Of a DNA stretch of 64,000 nt, positions 63,542 through 64,000 are shown piece by piece. The stretch covers positions 2,592,001 through 2,656,000 of the forward strand of contig CBDFJQ010000002.1 in NCBI GenBank assembly GCA_965248575.1. Reading direction: 5' to 3'. Position 1 is the first letter of the stretch; every line of letters starts with the position of its first letter. Position numbers and translations under genes: made by a program. Below the pieces are notes generated by a model. It searched no databases. It saw only the letters and a list, made by a program, of their open reading frames with translations, and had not been told where the DNA came from. Source of the stretch: Planctomycetota bacterium. Its GTDB lineage: Bacteria > Planctomycetota > B15-G4.

Positions 63542-64000
63542 ATGCCCACGTCCATCAACAGCTCCGCTCCCTCCGACGTGCTCAACGTCGTGCAGACCCG
63601 TTACGCAGAGGGCGCGACCACTGAAGTGCCCGAACTCTGCTGCCCCGTGGACTACGACGCCCAATACCTGGAGGTCATCCCCAAGGAAGTGGTGGAGCGG
63701 GACTATGGCTGCGGCGACCCCTCCAAGTGGCTCGCGGCAGGGGAGACAGTGCTCGACCTCGGCAGCGGCACCGGCAAGATCTGCTTCATCGCGTCGCAGG
63801 TCGTGGGCGCCACCGGCAAGGTGATCGGCGTCGACATGACGGACGACATGCTGGAGGTTGCCCGCCGCAACGCCCCCGTGGTCGCCGAGCGCATCGGCTA
63901 CGAAAACGTGCAGTTCGTGAAGGCCCACATCGAAGACCTGGGCTTGGACCGCGATGCGCTGGACAAGCACCTGGCCGCTGCCCCCGTGAGCAACGAGCAG
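63542..64000 (+). CDS. Arsenite methyltransferase (ArsM)-like SAM methyltransferase; 3'-truncated by window edge and absent from the ORF track
   Basis: Translated by hand: MPTSINSS...RYAEGA...ELCCPVDY...RDYGCGDP...VLDLGSGTGK.CF..SQVVG..GKVIGVDMT..ML..AR. Confidence 0.8.
   Translation, partial: MPTSINSSAPSDVLNVVQTRYAEGATTEVPELCCPVDYDAQYLEVIPKEVVERDYGCGDPSKWLAAGETVLDLGSGTGKICFIASQVVGATGKVIGVDMTDDMLEVARRNAPVVAERIGYENVQFVKAHIEDLGLDRDALDKHLAAAPVSNEQ

Noticed and set aside
1..64000. tRNA, rRNA, IS/integrase, prophage or defence island
   Set aside because: I noticed no recognisable motifs, terminal repeats or compositional shift by eye. A tRNAscan or Infernal run was not possible.

Overview
GC-rich bacterial chromosomal window, roughly two-thirds G+C by eye. 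The gene content (many exported sulfatase-fold lipoproteins, FG-GAP and beta-helix proteins) suggests a Planctomycetota-like organism, which is inference only. It holds about 46 densely packed CDSs, and I saw no rRNA, tRNA, CRISPR array or mobile element. Core metabolism includes glcDEF, thyA-folA, mdh with an AceE-type E1, tam, rmuC, an ECF sigma/ZAS anti-sigma/TlpA unit and a 9-gene heme-copper oxidase operon. Four observations stand out. (1) The family-A oxidase keeps all metal ligands, the HPEVY Tyr and the D-channel. It has coordinately lost the K-channel residues (K362, T359 and S299 equivalents, apparently also the subunit II entry Glu) and gained a helix VIII Glu. It sits with a Cys-less SCO homolog and a tiny CxxC membrane protein. 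(2) A vitamin-K-carboxylase-like HTTM gene is translationally coupled to a secreted protein with a Cys-punctuated poly-Asp tract, a candidate enzyme-substrate pair. (3) Four sulfatase-fold lipoproteins all have Thr instead of the Cys/Ser formylglycine precursor and share a C-terminal LRxLGY-like tail. (4) Two intergenic hairpins each overlap a -10 box and pair over the downstream RBS. All calls come from motif reading only; no searches were run.
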